From the NCBI GenBank assembly GCA_054600435.1, contig BAAIJX010000047.1, forward strand, positions 62,001 through 126,000: 64,000 nucleotides of DNA, given 5' to 3'. Shown piece by piece: positions 59,934-64,000 of this stretch. The first letter of the stretch is position 1; every line of letters begins with the position of its first letter. The notes beneath the pieces were generated by a model. That model saw only the letters and a list, made by a program, of their open reading frames with translations. It was not told where the DNA came from and did no database searches. Source of the stretch: Neophaeotheca triangularis (taxonomy: Eukaryota). The translations under genes were made by a program, and so were the position numbers.

Positions 59934-61085
59934 TCATCCACCACCCTTCCCCTCCCCCTCTTCGCTCTCCCTCCTAACCCTCTCAACCCCCATGACCCAC
60001 CTCATCTCCCCAACCACGCGATCCATCTCACAACTCAGCTTCCTAACCCGCTCGTTCTCCCTCTCACCCTCGGCCCTAAGCGTCCCCAACACCTCCCCAC
60101 TCTCTCCCCTGTAAGCCTCCCAAGCCCCCACAACCTCCTCAGTCAACCTGCGATTCCGCTCAACCTCTTTCCGCATCAATTCACCCACAACCTCCAAACG
60201 CTCCAACTTGCCCCTATCTTCCCTCCTCTCAACCTCCACAACCTCCAGATCCTTCCGCCACTTGACAGCCCGGGCCTCATACTCGGCGCGCAACTGACGA
60301 TGGCTCGTCTCCAAAATCCCCGCATGCAGACCGGCATGTCTAGCCTCCTCCTCCAACCTCCTACCCTCCCTCCGCCGCTCCTCCTCTCTGCTCTCCCCCT
60401 CAGCCTCCACAGCCCTAGCCCTCCGCTCCGCAGCCTCCCTTCTCGCCCGCTCACTCGCGACCTCCGCTTTCAAATCCTCGATCCGGCGATCCCGCCTACC
60501 GAGCAAACTCTCCTCAACGCCTCGCACATGTTTCAAATTATCATTCTCCGTCCGTAAGGCTTCGAGTTGCGGTTTGTAGGTTTGTAAGTTACGTTGCAAT
60601 TCTTCGGCTTTTTGGGCCGAGGCGGTGAGGTCGCGTTTTATGCGGTCGTTTTCGGCCATTAGGCGTTCGATGACGCGGCCGGATTTGCCCGAGGTGGCTG
60701 CGTGCCCGATTGCGCTAGACCATTGGGGGGCGGGGGAGGAGGAGAGGGGGTCGTCTGCGGCGGGGGTCGAGCGGATGTTGGGTTCGGTGGTGGTTGAGGA
60801 GCTTAGGTGAGGTTGGTTTTCTTCGGTTGTGGAGGAGAGGCGGCGGGGGCCGTTGGGGAGCGGTGTAAGGAGGCTGGAGGGCTGTTTGTTGGGTGAAGAG
60901 AGGCTGTCCATTTGCGGAGCGGGGGAAGAGTCGTAGTAGTCATTGGAGGGAGCCATTGGTGGCGGCATCTCTTCGAATTTGAGACTAGGGAGTCGGCCGG
61001 AAGCTCGTCGTCGCGAGGGGGAGGGCGTGTTGCCTGATGGTTGCGAACAGTCGCGATCGTCAGCGCGATCCTTTTTCCAGAACAT
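59934..61085 (-). CDS. Coiled-coil protein (start codon uncertain)
   Basis: Ser/Pro-rich N-terminal half, then WSSAIGHAATSGKSGRVIERLMAENDRIKRDL and a long heptad-rich region. Confidence 0.75.
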   Translation of the reverse strand: MFWKKDRADDRDCSQPSGNTPSPSRRRASGRLPSLKFEEMPPPMAPSNDYYDSSPAPQMDSLSSPNKQPSSLLTPLPNGPRRLSSTTEENQPHLSSSTTTEPNIRSTPAADDPLSSSPAPQWSSAIGHAATSGKSGRVIERLMAENDRIKRDLTASAQKAEELQRNLQTYKPQLEALRTENDNLKHVRGVEESLLGRRDRRIEDLKAEVASERARREAAERRARAVEAEGESREEERRREGRRLEEEARHAGLHAGILETSHRQLRAEYEARAVKWRKDLEVVEVERREDRGKLERLEVVGELMRKEVERNRRLTEEVVGAWEAYRGESGEVLGTLRAEGERENERVRKLSCEMDRVVGEMRWVMGVERVRRESEEGEGKGGG

Positions 61086-61806
61086 CTGCACTGCTTGTCT
61101 CATCCAAGTCTCGAAGCGATTGATGTGCTTCTCAAACAATGGAACAAAGCCGACGCTTTCGGGGGGTAGAATGTCTTTTGTTCTTGGGGTTCTACGTACC
61201 ACTTGCTCCCGCACTGTCGACGCGGTATCTCCTGACTATGGTGGGTTCGGCTTGGGGAGACGAGGTTCGGGACTTCATCGCTATGCAGGTTGCTGCTGCC
61301 CTGGGTTTGGGATGCTGTGGCTGCCTTTTGATGTGTCGTTGCCAGCCGCCGGTAGATTACGCCGGTTTCGGAAGGACTGATTCAATTCACGTGCAAGTTG
61401 ATAGCGAGAAAAATTAGCGGTTGTGATGCTGAAGCGACAGTAATGTGAGTATCGAACAATATTTACAATTGTTTGGACTGACGTCGTCGTAAGAAGGTAC
61501 AATGGACGGTCGGTAGTTTGGTAGCTTACGGACCGCGCCTCTGGCAGTTGGTAGGGCGACGGGCGCCGTTTGTGTGGGGTACGTCACGCAAAGTATAAAA
61601 AGGGGCCCGGGGACGTTCGTGCACAAGCGTGGACAAGTTTAGATGTGATATTTCAAGTCAGAACCGTGGTGGAAATTTGAAAGATGCATGCCATTCTTGA
61701 TACCCTTGGCATACAAGATGCTCGATGATATGAACCAACTGTAGGCGACGTTATTGGAAACGCACCACAACAAAAAGCTATTCCCTCCCCCTCCCAACCT
61801 CAAGAA

Positions 61807-63697
61807 TTACCTCCGACCCCTCCCCCTCCCCCTAAGAGGACTAACTACACTCTCCCTTCCCGTCAACCCAGGCCGTCCAGGCGTAGGCGGACTAAGCGGA
61901 ACTCTCTGCCCCGGCGGTGTCCTAGGCGAAGCTCCCCTCATGGTCCCCTCAACCCCATCGTCCCCAGCTTCCATCTCGTGCGCACCCGGGTAGTTGTTCC
62001 AGCTCATCAGATGCTGCTTCCTGCGCACCTGATCGGCGAGTGTTGGAGGCCCGACGGGACCTACGGCTTCACGGCCGAGAGTAGGTGAGTCCGTGTCGAT
62101 GGGGGTCTGCGCCGCGCGGGGCGAGGTGTCGGCCATTTCGTACGAGTTGGCTTGTAGGTGTTCGCGGAAGCGGCTGCTGCCGGTGCTCGAGTGCTGGCTT
62201 GTGGGGCGCGGGGAATTGTTTGGGTGCGGCGGTCGAGGTGTCACGGGTCTGGAGTCGAGCATGGCGACTTTGTCGGCGGAGCGTGCGGCTGCAGGGCGTT
62301 GGTAGAGGGTCGGGGGCAGAAAACCGCTCTTCTCGCTGCCGGTTGTGGTTGGGTGCGCTTGCGCTACGCCTTCATGGTGCATGGCGTCAGCTTTGCGATC
62401 GTTGTCGGTGTATTGCGTGCCGCGGTAGAAACCTGCGATGTTCACATACCTGTCAGACCCATTGTTCCTCGCGGGGGGTGTAGATGGAGCGCTGCCGCGT
62501 GTGTAGCGGTGGGGTATACGCACCTCCATACGGAGCGAAGACGTCGTTGGCGACGGCCGTTGAGCCCTGTCGGCCGCGACCTACCGCGTAGCTGCTGCCG
62601 TCATGTTGCGCGTATGACTGGTTGTTAGTCCCCCCTGGCGAATAGTCGTTCAGCCGTTGGGTCTCGATTGGTCCGCCCATTGCGCTATGGGTAGTGACTG
62701 TTGCTGAGCGACGTTCTTCTATCTTCTTTCTGCGACGACGCGCGCAAATGGCGATGAGGAGCAGCAGGAGCAAGAGACCGGCGATGGCCCCTAGAACTCC
62801 CCCAACGATCGCACCTATGTTCGTGCCGCCTCCGCCTCCGCCTCCGCGATTGGCGGGTGAGCTTTGCGAAGTTTGAGGATCCGCAACCGCGTCGGGATTC
62901 GTCTTGCTCGCGGATATGAAATTAGGGGTAAGACCCCGTACGAACGAATCTGGACCAATGTCGCTCTTATAGTAACATGTCCCTCCTCCCAAACCCGAGA
63001 ATGTAAAACCGGCGCAATCCGATCGGGTGCTACATGCAGCAAAGCACTCGCCATAACCGCCAGAATTGATGTCGACAGAGTTGAAAGCATCCGTGGTGCT
63101 GTCGGTATTGCAATGGACGGTATAGGATATTCTCAAGCGGTCGGCAAAAACCGTGTTGTTACCATTCGGGCAGTCAGGCGCATCAGGCTCTGTGGGCGCC
63201 GAGGCGGATGTGGTAGACGGTGATGCTCGAGTTGTCGTTGACATGCGTGAGTTGCCGCTCGTTGTCGCACCAGTTGCTGTGTTCGATATTGAAGTAGTCG
63301 TTTGCGTCCCGCTGGATGTCGTTGAGGATCCGCTAGCGAAGTCGGGGCATCCGCCGCTGAGATTGCAAGGCTCGAATGAACAGCATCCGCGGTAGCCGTT
63401 GGGACAGCTGTAGAAACTAGTACCACTGGGACAATCCTGTCTTTCCTGCAGCACAGGCAACGATGCTGCTCCTTCGGCAGTCCCGGACTTTTGCTGCTCT
63501 GTCATGTTGAGTGTCTCGACTATCAGCTTTCCGATCCGGCCAAAACTCTTTGCTTTTCGTGTGGGCTCTGCTGCGTCACTGCTCAGGGTGGTCAAAAGAT
63601 CGAGTGAAGCTGTTTCCTCTGGCACAGCACTGAGCCTCTCGGGCGCATTTTGGACGCTAGTTAGGTCTGGGACGATCATCCTGTTACAGCTTCGCAA
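61807..63697 (-). CDS. Single-pass membrane protein with Cys-rich motif, Ser/Thr stalk and PAN/apple-like domain (5' end uncertain)
   Basis: RQDCPSGTSFYSCPNGYRGCCSFEPC, a Ser/Thr-rich stalk, C...C.....CAGFTF....CYYK, TM IGAIVGGVLGAIAGLLLLLLLIAIC followed by RRRRKK. An intron at 62433-62523 links to the distal ORF. Confidence 0.8.
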
Positions 63698-64000
63698 TCG
63701 CGCGACAATGTTGTGTTGTACGCAAGACTCAGAATATCAGGAGAGGAGCGGAAAAGCAAGAGGAGGTAGGGGGTTAGGCCGTACATCGCCGGGTGGCGTC
63801 AAGGGACAAAGGCCGCATCCGGTCAGAATTGAATTTGTTTGCGGACAAAGGGGTGAACATCCTTCGAGACACACCCGGGAGTCATTCGCATCGAGTGGAA
63901 GTCGACCGCAGACATGGCTATCTTGGACAACTCATGTTTGGGCCTTTCGGATACGAAACCGCCACGCTTGGGATCGGTCTGCATTGTGCTCGTCGACTAT

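Overview
Gene-dense window from a filamentous ascomycete, probably a Dothideomycete (inferred from short GT-AG introns with CTRAC branch sites and the gene content). Left end: a partly decayed glycoside-utilisation cluster with a GH3 beta-glucosidase 5' end, a sugar porter, a 5'-truncated GH78 rhamnosidase and an MFS pseudogene. Centre: housekeeping genes (HapB, mL54, VPS10, PTC7, a BBOX/TauD dioxygenase, TPC1, GLY1, MPS1, TMA22/DENR), interrupted by a HET-NACHT-ankyrin NLR-like gene. Right: mostly uncharacterised proteins, including a GW-repeat protein, two paralogous GPI-type proteins, a HET-domain protein and a PAN/apple-like membrane protein. Main finding: a tRNA-Ile(AAU) gene at 22532-22735 split into exons of 5, 13 and 56 nt by two spliceosomal-type introns (GT...CTAAC...AG), one in the acceptor stem and one in the D-loop. 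Removing both at the GT/AG boundaries gives a complete 74-nt cloverleaf. A second possible Pol III structured ncRNA lies at about 41.4-41.7 kb. All family assignments come from motif recognition by eye; no searches were run.
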